From Methanomassiliicoccales archaeon (lineage in GTDB: Archaea > Thermoplasmatota > Thermoplasmata > RBG-16-68-12 > SOIM01), in the NCBI GenBank assembly GCA_004377185.1, contig SOIM01000020.1:70931-94930 (forward strand): a DNA stretch of 24,000 nt, written 5' to 3'. The notes below the pieces were generated by a model. The model saw nothing but the letters and a program-made list of their open reading frames with translations, was not told the origin of the DNA and did not search any database. Below, one piece after another: positions 1 through 7,829 of this stretch (the first letter of the stretch is position 1; each line of letters opens with the position of its first letter). A program made the position numbers and the translations under genes.

Positions 1-870
1 GATTGCTGGCGCAATGACGGACTTGCCAATCATCTCCCTTCCTTTGACCTTCCCGATGATATTCACTTCGTGCTTCTGCTCCTTCAATTTCTCCGCACAC
101 TGTTCGTTAATGATCCAGGTCTCCCCGTCCACATCAGCTTCCACGTATTCGACTTCGGGATCCAGCCAAAGGTTGGTCTGACCATACACAGTCTCCGGTC
201 TCAGGGTCGCGGCAAGAAGGTACTTCCCTTCTAACTCGAACTTGAGCAGCGTGAACTCGGAAGGGGTCTCTCCCTCTCCGCTGATCCTGTCGTGGTCCCC
301 CACCACCGTCTGATCCTTCGGACACCAGACCACCGGATGCTCACCGAGTCGGACGTAGCCCAATTCCTTCAACCGAGTGAACTGCCACCTGACGAACTTG
401 TCATAATGCGGGTTGGCACTTGTGGTAATGAATGTCCTGGACCAGTCCGTGCAGAGCCCGAACCTGGTGATGTCCTTTCTGGCCTCGGCCGGAAAATACT
501 TGACCCAGTAGTTCTCGTCCGCAAAGAGAGGTATCTGTTCCTCGGGTATTCCCGTACTCTTCATGAGCTCGATCTGTCGGGGCTCCCCTTCCTTGATCCG
601 TCTTGCTGCCGCCACGATTGGCATGCCCGTGCAGTGGAAGGCGTAAGGGAACAGAACGTTGAAACCCTTCATTCTCTTGTAACGGGACATTATCTCGGGA
701 TGCAGGTTAGTGACCGCCTGTCCTAAGTGAAGAAAACCGTTCACGTAAGGGTAGGGTGTGTTCGCAAAATACTTGGGTCTACTATCGTCTGCTCGGACCT
801 CAAAGACCTTGTCTTCCAGCCACTTCCTCTGCCATTTCTCTTCTGCTTTTCTTGGATCGTATTCCGTCAT
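1..870 (-). CDS. leuS: Leucyl-tRNA synthetase, N-terminal 290 codons (rest of the gene lies beyond the window start)
   Basis: Not in the ORF track because the frame is open at the window edge. My translation of the minus strand from the ATG at 870-868 gives MTEYDPRKAEEKWQRKWLEDKVFEV...NTPYPYVNGFLHLGQAVT...RYKRMKGFNVLFPYAFHCTGMPI...WCPKDQTVVGDHD. This is the typical archaeal/eukaryotic-type LeuRS N-terminus. The frame stays open to nt 1. Confidence 0.85.
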   Translation of the reverse strand, partial: MTEYDPRKAEEKWQRKWLEDKVFEVRADDSRPKYFANTPYPYVNGFLHLGQAVTNLHPEIMSRYKRMKGFNVLFPYAFHCTGMPIVAAARRIKEGEPRQIELMKSTGIPEEQIPLFADENYWVKYFPAEARKDITRFGLCTDWSRTFITTSANPHYDKFVRWQFTRLKELGYVRLGEHPVVWCPKDQTVVGDHDRISGEGETPSEFTLLKFELEGKYLLAATLRPETVYGQTNLWLDPEVEYVEADVDGETWIINEQCAEKLKEQKHEVNIIGKVKGREMIGKSVIAPAI

Positions 871-1059
871 TTCCGCGTCTTCGGGAGTAATGAAATCTCG
901 GGTTATAGTTTTTGTTCGGAGGGACCTCTTTGTCACACAAAATAAGACAAAAGCAACTCTTATATACCACGTCTCCTATACACCTTTGAACGTCCTAATC
1001 TTCTAAAAAAATGGTAGGACAATCGTCATACTGAACCTTGAGATTTCGGCGGTGGATGA

Positions 1060-1443
1060 ATGGAGCAACCTAAAGGCAGAGTAACACTTCGCATGGAATC
1101 CAGTAACGTGAAAAGGATGGACACGTTCTTGGACGAGAACAGGGACTTCGACAGCAGGTCACAGCTCATGAGAGCGGCTCTCGAGAACTACATCGACCTT
1201 TTGGAGAGGAAAAGTGACGAAGTGGTTGTCAAGCTCGGTGGGTCTTCCCTGGAGATCATAGACGAGTTCGTGGACGCGGGATATTACGTCTCTCGTTCCG
1301 AAGGGGTCGCGGAAGCGGTAAGGAAATATTTTGACAAGAATATCGTGAACAAAATCCGCGAGGACCTCATTGCAATAGGGAAGGCAACAAACAAAATCCC
1401 CACTGTCAGGCTCAGGGACAGAGATGGATACCTTTCCCCATAA
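1060..1443 (+). CDS. Ribbon-helix-helix (CopG/NikR-like) DNA-binding protein, apparently two RHH-like halves
   Basis: 127-aa ORF. The N-terminal half (RVTLRMESSNVKRMDTFLDENRDFDSRSQLMRAALENYI) fits the beta-strand/helix/helix RHH pattern. The second half (LEIIDEFVDAGYYVSRSEGVAEAVRKYF) repeats the GxYxSRSExxxxAxR signature. GGTGGA lies upstream of the ATG. Confidence 0.6.
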   Translation: MEQPKGRVTLRMESSNVKRMDTFLDENRDFDSRSQLMRAALENYIDLLERKSDEVVVKLGGSSLEIIDEFVDAGYYVSRSEGVAEAVRKYFDKNIVNKIREDLIAIGKATNKIPTVRLRDRDGYLSP

Positions 1444-1468
1444 TTCATTGGGACGTTAACACACACTC

Positions 1469-1582
1469 GCCAGAAAGTTTGGAAGGATCGAACATCCCGA
1501 AAAAAAGGGATTGTGTCGATGGGATGCACTCTAGGCAGAAACTAGGGATGGGATGCACTCTTCCGGACCCGAACTTTCTGGC
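1469..1582. promoter_or_regulatory. Structured intergenic region: a 15-bp perfect direct repeat nested inside an 11-bp inverted repeat, between the RHH gene and the FtsZ-like gene
   Basis: GATGGGATGCACTCT occurs at 1518-1532 and again at 1547-1561 (29-bp register). GCCAGAAAGTT at 1469-1479 is the reverse complement of AACTTTCTGGC at 1572-1582. A small hairpin ATCCC-gaaaaaaa-GGGAT sits at 1494-1511. The pentamer GGGAT recurs four times. Confidence 0.4.
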
Positions 1583-1634
1583 TCCCTAACCCCACCGGCC
1601 GAAAGGCACAGAAACACCTACGTGGAGGCAATGG

Positions 1635-2429
1635 ATGAACGCAGTAACGCAAGAGAACATGGTCAGCAGAGTGGTCAGCACGCTGTATACGGACACACTG
1701 GATTCCAGTGTCTGTGTGTTGGGATGTGGCGGTGCTGGTTGCAACATAGTGAGCTCAGTGCACGAGAAAGGCATTGAAAGCGTTCGGACGATAGCAATGA
1801 ACGTGGACGGACAGGCCCTTGAGAGGACGCAAGCGGATGTAAGGATATGCCTCAATAGAAAGAGGAAGCCCAAGCCCGGGACGCTCGACTATTATGACGA
1901 CTACACCTGGTTGTGCGATGCGGCTAGTGCAGAAGCGATGGAAGCCGTGGAGTCCGGAATCCTTTTCCTCGTGTCGGGAATGGGAGGGAAGACGGGAACT
2001 TCGCTGGCGCCCGCGATTGCCAAGGCCGCGGAGAGAAAGGGCATAGTGACGGTTGTAATCGCGATTGCTCCGTTCTCTGTCGAAGGAAGGTCCGAGACAT
2101 CGGAAAGGGGAATCCAGGAGCTGCAACAGCACTCGGAATGTCTGGTTACTCTGGAGAACGACTCGCTCCTCGAGATCGGGACGGATCTGCCCTTCAACCA
2201 GTTGATGCACGTCATCGACGAAATGGTCGTAAAGATAGTGGAGACCGCGGTGAACTGGATATCCCGCTCCTTCTTGGCAACGATCTTCGGTGAAGCGGAT
2301 TCGGTCGCAAAGGAGATGGTCGGCAGACAGGAAATCGACAGCGGTCTGATAAGACCTCCTGTTGGTTCAGTTGAGGCTCGAGTAGACCCGATCGCAATCG
2401 AATCGAATGGACAGATACTCAGGAGATAG
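1635..2429 (+). CDS. Short FtsZ/tubulin-superfamily GTPase-domain protein (non-canonical)
   Basis: 264 aa. It has a T1-like VLGCGGAGCNIV, a T4/tubulin-signature-like VSGMGGKTGTSLAP (canonical GGGTGTG altered to GGKTGTS), then VVIAIAPFSVEGR...LVTLENDSLL matching the FtsZ PFxFEG...NDxL region. The ORF ends shortly after the H7-like helix. I cannot see a C-terminal domain or T7 loop. Confidence 0.7.
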   Translation: MNAVTQENMVSRVVSTLYTDTLDSSVCVLGCGGAGCNIVSSVHEKGIESVRTIAMNVDGQALERTQADVRICLNRKRKPKPGTLDYYDDYTWLCDAASAEAMEAVESGILFLVSGMGGKTGTSLAPAIAKAAERKGIVTVVIAIAPFSVEGRSETSERGIQELQQHSECLVTLENDSLLEIGTDLPFNQLMHVIDEMVVKIVETAVNWISRSFLATIFGEADSVAKEMVGRQEIDSGLIRPPVGSVEARVDPIAIESNGQILRR

Positions 2430-2516
2430 GATAGCGGAACTAGCAAGACCATTCTTCTAGCTCGCTCCAGGCATTACTATTTATGCTATTTTGTCTATAG
2501 CAGTGGGGGTGATGGA

Positions 2517-2936
2517 TTGGCTTTTTATGCCGATACAATTGAGTTCCATACCAAGGGAGAAGTGGACATAAAGGACATCACGAACGATGTTGTTGGGATT
2601 GTGAAAGAATCAGGACTGAACAACGGCATTGCCTGTGTCTTCACACCGAGTTCTACAAGCGCAATTACCACGATCGAATACGAACCAGGGCTTCTGAGGG
2701 ACCTTCCCGACGCTCTGGAAAAGCTGTTCCCGAAGAAGGCTCGGTATGAACACGAGATGAGATGGCATGACGGTAACGGGCATTCGCACGTGAGGGCTTC
2801 CTTCATGAGCCCCAGTCTCAGCATTCCTTTCGTTGATGGGAATCCGGTCCTGGGCACATGGCAGCAAATCGTCTTCGTGGAACTCGACAATAAGGCGAGG
2901 AACAGGAAATTGCTCGTTCATCTGGTTGGGGAATGA
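2517..2936 (+). CDS. YjbQ/UPF0047 family protein (secondary thiamine-phosphate synthase family)
   Basis: 139 aa with a TTG start as in the ORF track. Family hallmarks are KDITNDV, TSSTSAITTIEYEPGLLRDL, HDGNGHSHVRASFMSPSLSIPF and GNPVLGTWQQIVFVELD. Confidence 0.85.
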   Translation: MAFYADTIEFHTKGEVDIKDITNDVVGIVKESGLNNGIACVFTPSSTSAITTIEYEPGLLRDLPDALEKLFPKKARYEHEMRWHDGNGHSHVRASFMSPSLSIPFVDGNPVLGTWQQIVFVELDNKARNRKLLVHLVGE

Positions 2937-3067
2937 TGTTGGTCAATTCGGAAAGAGAATCTTTTTAAGAAGTTAGGGAATAGGGCCAAGTGGAATAGGG
3001 GAGGTGTCCGGGAACGACAGAGGACGTACAGAACCGGAAAGCCGAGAAAGGGTTCAAGCTGACGAGA

Positions 3068-3880
3068 GTGGGTGTCACTGGTGTAAGAAAACCGGTACAG
3101 GTACAGAGACCGGACAAGGCCGTGACGCTGAACATTGTCGTAGATGCGTTCGTGGACCTTCCTTCCAACATGAAAGGTTCTCATCTGTCGAGAAACGTGG
3201 AAGTAATCGGGGAGATAGTGGACGAGAGCGTGAGGGAGCCCGTTTCCAGCATCGAGAATCTGACTCTACTGATCTGCCGTTCGCTTCTCGAGAGGCATGA
3301 ATACGCTTCCCTGTCCGAGGCCAGGACCATAGCCGACTACTTCCTTGAGCGGAAGACGCCCATGGGCAAGAAGAGCCTGGAGGGTTACAAGATTTTCGCT
3401 TGTGCCAAGGTGAGAAGGGGGGATGGCCTGACCGCTGAGAGAAGGATAGGCGTTGAGGTGGTGGGAATGACGGCTTGTCCCTGTGCCATGGAGACAATCA
3501 AGGATTCCCTGTCCGTCCAAGTGGAGAACCTACCCATAATCACACATAACCAGAGGAACAAAACGACAATCGAAATGGACGTTCCAAACGGCTTCGAGAT
3601 TGAGGCCGATGACCTGATTGAGATGGTGGAGAACGCCATGAGCAGTCCTACCTATGAGATTCTGAAAAGGGAGGATGAAGCCGAGGTCGTTCGGAGGGCG
3701 CACGACAATCCGAAATTCGTGGAGGATGTCGTCAGGGACATTCTTTCATCTATTCTGGACAAGTATGCTGATTTTCCAGACGATGTTGCTGTCCGTGTGA
3801 GAAGTGAGAGCGAGGAGTCCATCCACAAACACAATGCATTTGCTGAACGGGATACGACTTTTAGGGAGTTGAGGCTGTGA
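3068..3880 (+). CDS. mptA: GTP cyclohydrolase IV / FolE2-MptA family
   Basis: VGVTGVRKPVQV, DAFVDLPSNMKGSHLSRN and VGMTACPCAME match the FolE2/MptA family. The N-terminus is uncertain. The same frame is open from 2999 and encodes a family-typical EDVQ...KLTRVGV segment upstream of the first canonical start (GTG 3068). Confidence 0.8.
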   Translation: MGVTGVRKPVQVQRPDKAVTLNIVVDAFVDLPSNMKGSHLSRNVEVIGEIVDESVREPVSSIENLTLLICRSLLERHEYASLSEARTIADYFLERKTPMGKKSLEGYKIFACAKVRRGDGLTAERRIGVEVVGMTACPCAMETIKDSLSVQVENLPIITHNQRNKTTIEMDVPNGFEIEADDLIEMVENAMSSPTYEILKREDEAEVVRRAHDNPKFVEDVVRDILSSILDKYADFPDDVAVRVRSESEESIHKHNAFAERDTTFRELRL

Positions 3881-4173
3881 GTAAGAAATTGCTGGTTCGC
3901 GTGAGAGAGATTAAGGGCAGTTGTAGCATGTTCAAAGAAGGTGATGAGTTCACAATCGAAGGGGCGAGCTTGAAGATCGAGACCGGAAAAGCTGTGTGCA
4001 TTCATTCGTTGCCAACGCTTCTTCATTTCTCCATGGCATTGAGGGAGGGCGCTGATCCGGTGGAATTGGGTCTTGCCAAAGAGGGAAACAAGGCCTACCT
4101 CCGATGTCCAGATCCGGGTGAACCGTACACCAACGGCGGAGGAGTCATCTTCGAGATTGAACGCGTGGACTGA
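3877..4173 (+). CDS. TIGR04076-like small conserved protein
   Basis: 98 aa. Its GTG start overlaps the mptA stop (GTGA at 3877-3880), suggesting translational coupling. The pattern VRVREIKGSC..FKEGDEF...CIHSL...LRCPDPG...VIFEIERVD resembles the TIGR04076 family as I remember it. Confidence 0.55.
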   Translation: MSKKLLVRVREIKGSCSMFKEGDEFTIEGASLKIETGKAVCIHSLPTLLHFSMALREGADPVELGLAKEGNKAYLRCPDPGEPYTNGGGVIFEIERVD

Positions 4174-4212
4174 GAAAAAGTAATATCTATCAGTTGTGCA
4201 TAGGTGACTGAG

Positions 4213-4377
4213 ATGTCACTCGTAGGGGTTTGCTCAATCTGTTCGGGTCCTGCTATGAACACCTGCCGAATGTGCGGCAAGCTCGCTTGTAGGGGGCACT
4301 ACGATCCAGCGACCGGACTGTGTGTGAACTGCGCACAGAAGAAAGGACCTGGTGAACCAATGGTCCCGTTGAAATGA
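4213..4377 (+). CDS. Small cysteine-rich zinc-finger protein (54 aa), below the ORF-track size cutoff
   Basis: My translation is MSLVGVCSICSGPAMNTCRMCGKLACRGHYDPATGLCVNCAQKKGPGEPMVPLK*. It has eight evenly spaced metal ligands: C-x2-C-x7-C-x2-C-x4-C-x2-H-x7-C-x2-C. An in-frame GTG at 4204 is an alternative start. A T5 run follows the stop (4380-4385). Confidence 0.45.
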   Translation: MSLVGVCSICSGPAMNTCRMCGKLACRGHYDPATGLCVNCAQKKGPGEPMVPLK

Positions 4378-4410
4378 TTCTTTTTGGGGAATGTTTGCAG
4401 GAATTCTCCG

Positions 4411-4899
4411 TTAGAGCAATCTCTTGGCTTCTTTGGGTTCTAGGTCTATCGCTTTCAGAAGGTAGGTCAACGCCTTAGAGACAATTATGTCCTTTGTCTG
4501 GTCGTCCAGGTATTGCTCCATTATGACGGGTGCCATACTGGAATACTGGATTGCGAACTCGGTGTAGTAGTAAGGAGCGTTCTCCGGATCCACTTGTGCG
4601 GCTTCACTCAGAAGTCTCTCGGCCTCGTTGAAATGACCGTCGTTCATGCAGTAGAGCGCGTAGGCTTCCATGTACTGAGGGTTCTTCGGATCCAGCTGGA
4701 TCGCCTTCTGATACCAGGTCCCCACGTTCTCCTTCTTGACCTTCGGCATTCCAATAGCAGACTCCGCTTTCCCGAAATATGCAAGGGCGTTGCTTTCATC
4801 GATCTTCACGGCCTTGTCAAAATGCTTGTATGCGCTCTTATAATCCAAACCGTTCAGGAATCTCTCCCCTTTTGCTATTTCCTCGTCCGCCGTACTCAT
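4411..4899 (-). CDS. Tetratricopeptide-repeat (TPR) protein
   Basis: 162 aa with repeated TPR-type A/Y/F spacing, e.g. YKSAYKHFDKAVKIDESNALAYFGKAES, WYQKAIQLDPKNPQYMEAYALY, FNEAERLLSEAAQVDPENAPYY. Confidence 0.75.
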   Translation of the reverse strand: MSTADEEIAKGERFLNGLDYKSAYKHFDKAVKIDESNALAYFGKAESAIGMPKVKKENVGTWYQKAIQLDPKNPQYMEAYALYCMNDGHFNEAERLLSEAAQVDPENAPYYYTEFAIQYSSMAPVIMEQYLDDQTKDIIVSKALTYLLKAIDLEPKEAKRLL

Positions 4900-4981
4900 T
4901 TGAAACCCTCAGACATGAATGAAAATTCTTTGAAGATAAAGGTTTTGCTGTTGGTTCTCGGATGTGAGAATACCTTCTTTG

Positions 4982-6523
4982 CTACACGCGGGGCAACCTG
5001 GAGTTCCTGAGCCAGTCAATGTCGCTTACGTAGATGTCCCTTATGTCCTCGATCCCTTCGCTCGCCATCACGATCCTTTCCAGCCCCAACCCCCAGGCAA
5101 GTACTGGGTGCTTGATCCCGAAAGGATGCGTCACCTCGGGCCGGAAGATGCCAGATCCTCCGAGCTCCATCCACTGGTCCTTGAAATAGACCTCCACCTC
5201 CATGCTGGGCTCGGTATATGGAAAGAAACCGGGTCTAACTCGTATCTTCTCGAAACCCATCTTCCTGTAGAACTCCCTCAGGATTCCTATCAACATGGCA
5301 AGGTTCGCATTCTCCACCATCACGATGCCTTCCACCTGTTGGAACTCATCCAGGTTCTTCCAGGTTATCGTCTCTCTACGGAATATCCTGCCGATGGTGA
5401 AGACCTTGACAGGGGGATCGGGGTGCTCAGAGAGATACTTGATGCTGTTCACCGTTGTGTGGGTCCTCAAGATGGTCTTCTCCGCCTCCTGGACATCCCA
5501 GTCATAACCCCATCCATCCGAATCTATGTCGCCTCCCTTCTCGTGCATTTCTTGGACTCTCTTGACTAGCTCTGCGTCAGGGAGTGGGAGCTTCTCTGGG
5601 TTCTGGACGTAGAAGGTGTCCTGCATGTCCCGTGCCGGATGGTCCTGTGGCTGGAAGAGTGCATCGAAGTCCCAGAATGCCAGCTCTACGAAATCTCCTT
5701 CAATCTCTTTGAAACCCATCTCAGAGAAGACCCTTCTGACCTTCTCAATGTACTGGCTGAGGGGGTGCTTCCTTCCTCCGTAGAGTGATGGTGCGAATGT
5801 TCCTACGTCATACTTCCTGAAACCGACCTCCTTCCACTTTCCAGATGATATCAATTCGGGCGTGAGCTGTGCTACTTCTTCTTTGAGTTCGATCCCTATC
5901 GACAGCACTTCCTTTCCCAGCGGGGTCAAGGCCACCTCCCTTCGTACGATCTCTCTTTCCTTGACCACGTCCTTACGGGACAAAAGCATCTTGATGATGA
6001 CCGGTTCGACCTCCAGTTCCGTCACCTCACCCTTTCCGAGTGAACGGATGAGCTCCTCGTCCTTTCCGACAGTCGAGACTGACTCTTTGCCTTTCTCGGT
6101 TATCTTGATGACGGTTGCTCCGTCCTCCCTCTCCACCGTCGCCCATCCCTTCTTCCTCATCCAACCGACCGCAATCGGAACCTCGTTCTCGGTGACTTTG
6201 CCGCTTCTCTTGAGCTCGTCGATTGTCAGTACGCCATGCCTCTTTCTCAGAAGTTTCAGAGCTCTACGCTCTGGAAGGTTCTTGGTCGCCCACTTCTTCT
6301 TCGCGAGGGAGTATCTTCGGGTGGGTTTCTCTTCCATTGTTACGAGGTTCTTGGACCTGAGCCAGGAGGATGCGTTCATGACCTCAACCAGTTCTTTGAA
6401 CTTACCCTCTCTCTGTATCTCCTCGGGCGTGGCTTTCTTCAAATCCTTAAGCGTGAGAAGGACCTTCTTCTCCAGATAGCTGAGTTCCTCAACAATGTCC
6501 TCAAGGTCAGGTTTGTCAGTCAA
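4982..6523 (-). CDS. pheS: Phenylalanyl-tRNA synthetase alpha subunit (archaeal/eukaryotic type)
   Basis: 513 aa with N-terminal wHTH repeats and a class-II core: FQPQDHPARDMQDTFY, LRTHTT, FRRETITWKNLDEFQQVEG, GSGIFRPEV...VLAWGLGLERIVM. Its start is 1 nt downstream of the trpS stop, so the two are probably co-transcribed. Confidence 0.92.
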   Translation of the reverse strand: MTDKPDLEDIVEELSYLEKKVLLTLKDLKKATPEEIQREGKFKELVEVMNASSWLRSKNLVTMEEKPTRRYSLAKKKWATKNLPERRALKLLRKRHGVLTIDELKRSGKVTENEVPIAVGWMRKKGWATVEREDGATVIKITEKGKESVSTVGKDEELIRSLGKGEVTELEVEPVIIKMLLSRKDVVKEREIVRREVALTPLGKEVLSIGIELKEEVAQLTPELISSGKWKEVGFRKYDVGTFAPSLYGGRKHPLSQYIEKVRRVFSEMGFKEIEGDFVELAFWDFDALFQPQDHPARDMQDTFYVQNPEKLPLPDAELVKRVQEMHEKGGDIDSDGWGYDWDVQEAEKTILRTHTTVNSIKYLSEHPDPPVKVFTIGRIFRRETITWKNLDEFQQVEGIVMVENANLAMLIGILREFYRKMGFEKIRVRPGFFPYTEPSMEVEVYFKDQWMELGGSGIFRPEVTHPFGIKHPVLAWGLGLERIVMASEGIEDIRDIYVSDIDWLRNSRLPRV

Positions 6524-6524
6524 C

Positions 6525-7643
6525 TCAATCCCTCAGCATGAAATCCTCCAGGACGTCCCTGGCTTTCTCTCTCTTCTCTTGATGGTCCTTCAAGAACCCC
6601 CAGACGAGCGATATCAAGTGCTGCTTGCACTCTCCGCACATTATGTTGCCCGAACGGCACTCTTCGTACCTGTCCTGAAGCTCCTTGTCGTCCGGAATGA
6701 ATAGATATAGATAATATTTGTAAACGGAACAGATATCAGGATCACCTCCCAATTTCTTCTGCTCCTCGATTGACACCCTGCCGCCCGTGAAGGCATTCTG
6801 CACGCTTTTCTTGATATCATCTTCGGAATCTGTCGTGAATATGCTCGACCCAGGTATGGAAGCCGACATCTTGTCAGAGCCGGTGAGGCTTGGCAACAGT
6901 TTATTGTGCAAAAGCGCTGGCTTGTAGTATCCGAGGTGCTCTGCCGCGTCCCTGGCGATTCGGAAATGGGGGTCCTGGTCTATTCCACACGGGATGAGAC
7001 AGGGTATGTTCTTTCCCTCCAAGACGCTTCCCAGGAAAGCCGGGGCCGCCTGTATGCTGGTGTAGAATATCGAACCTATGTTGTTGCTTTGGGTGAATCC
7101 GAACACCGCCCTAACAGTGGAGAAGGTGACCCTTTTGGCGACCTTGATTGCAATCGGGTAGAGATGATGGATGTACTCGGTATCCAGGAATATGTTCGTC
7201 AGGGACGGATCGAAGCCCAGGGCGATGACATCCAGCGCGTTCTCGTACGCGTATTTCTTGGTGTCCTCCAGAGTCTTGGACTCATCGAACATGAACTTCT
7301 CGTCCTCGGTGAGCTGGAAGTAGAACTTGTTCTTGAAATTGTCCTGAAGCCATTTGCAGAGAATCCAGGGAACGAGATGGCCGATGGTTGTGTGTCCCGA
7401 AGGCCCCCTGCCTGTGTACAGGTAGAAGGTGTTGCCTTTCTCATGCTGCTCCAATATCCAGTTCATGTCTCGATGGGAGTAGAATAACCCTCTTCTGAGC
7501 ATCACATGTAATGGGGATGCGTGCTTCTCGATGTGTTTAAGCAGATCATCGGTCACCTTTTGGGTACCGAATTTCTCGATCAGCTTGTCGTAGTCCACTT
7601 CCCCTCTGACTTCCCATGGGGTTACTATGAAATCCTCTGGCAT
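6525..7643 (-). CDS. trpS: Tryptophanyl-tRNA synthetase (archaeal/eukaryotic type)
   Basis: 372 aa with VTPWEVRGEVDYDKLIEKFG, YTGRGPSGHTTIGHLVPW (HIGH region), CGIDQDPHFR and KMSAS (KMSKS variant typical of this TrpRS type). Confidence 0.92.
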   Translation of the reverse strand: MPEDFIVTPWEVRGEVDYDKLIEKFGTQKVTDDLLKHIEKHASPLHVMLRRGLFYSHRDMNWILEQHEKGNTFYLYTGRGPSGHTTIGHLVPWILCKWLQDNFKNKFYFQLTEDEKFMFDESKTLEDTKKYAYENALDVIALGFDPSLTNIFLDTEYIHHLYPIAIKVAKRVTFSTVRAVFGFTQSNNIGSIFYTSIQAAPAFLGSVLEGKNIPCLIPCGIDQDPHFRIARDAAEHLGYYKPALLHNKLLPSLTGSDKMSASIPGSSIFTTDSEDDIKKSVQNAFTGGRVSIEEQKKLGGDPDICSVYKYYLYLFIPDDKELQDRYEECRSGNIMCGECKQHLISLVWGFLKDHQEKREKARDVLEDFMLRD

Positions 7644-7829
7644 TCAGTTCGCCCTCTTAATAAGCTCACCAATAATAATCCTTCGCCTTTGGTTGGCTCG
7701 GAACAAGCTGGTGATTTCGCTCGGGGATAATTGTGAAGATACTGATTTAAGCATCAGACAAGCTTGTTCTTGGATACGAGCAGGGAACAGATTTGCACCG
7801 ATGTTCGTACAAGAGAAGAAGGTGAAAGA

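Noticed and set aside
1518-1561. Possible CRISPR-like repeat (two identical 15-mers)
   Set aside because: There are only two copies. The 15-bp unit and 14-bp spacer are far below CRISPR dimensions, and there are no cas genes. It is kept instead as a candidate operator or structured leader.
7758-7767. 10-bp palindrome ACAAGCTTGT, plus a 9-bp inverted repeat GAACAAGCT (7701-7709) / AGCTTGTTC (7761-7769), upstream of the first tubby-like gene
   Set aside because: Palindromes of this length are expected many times by chance in 24 kb (about 24000/4^5). There is no second line of evidence for an operator.
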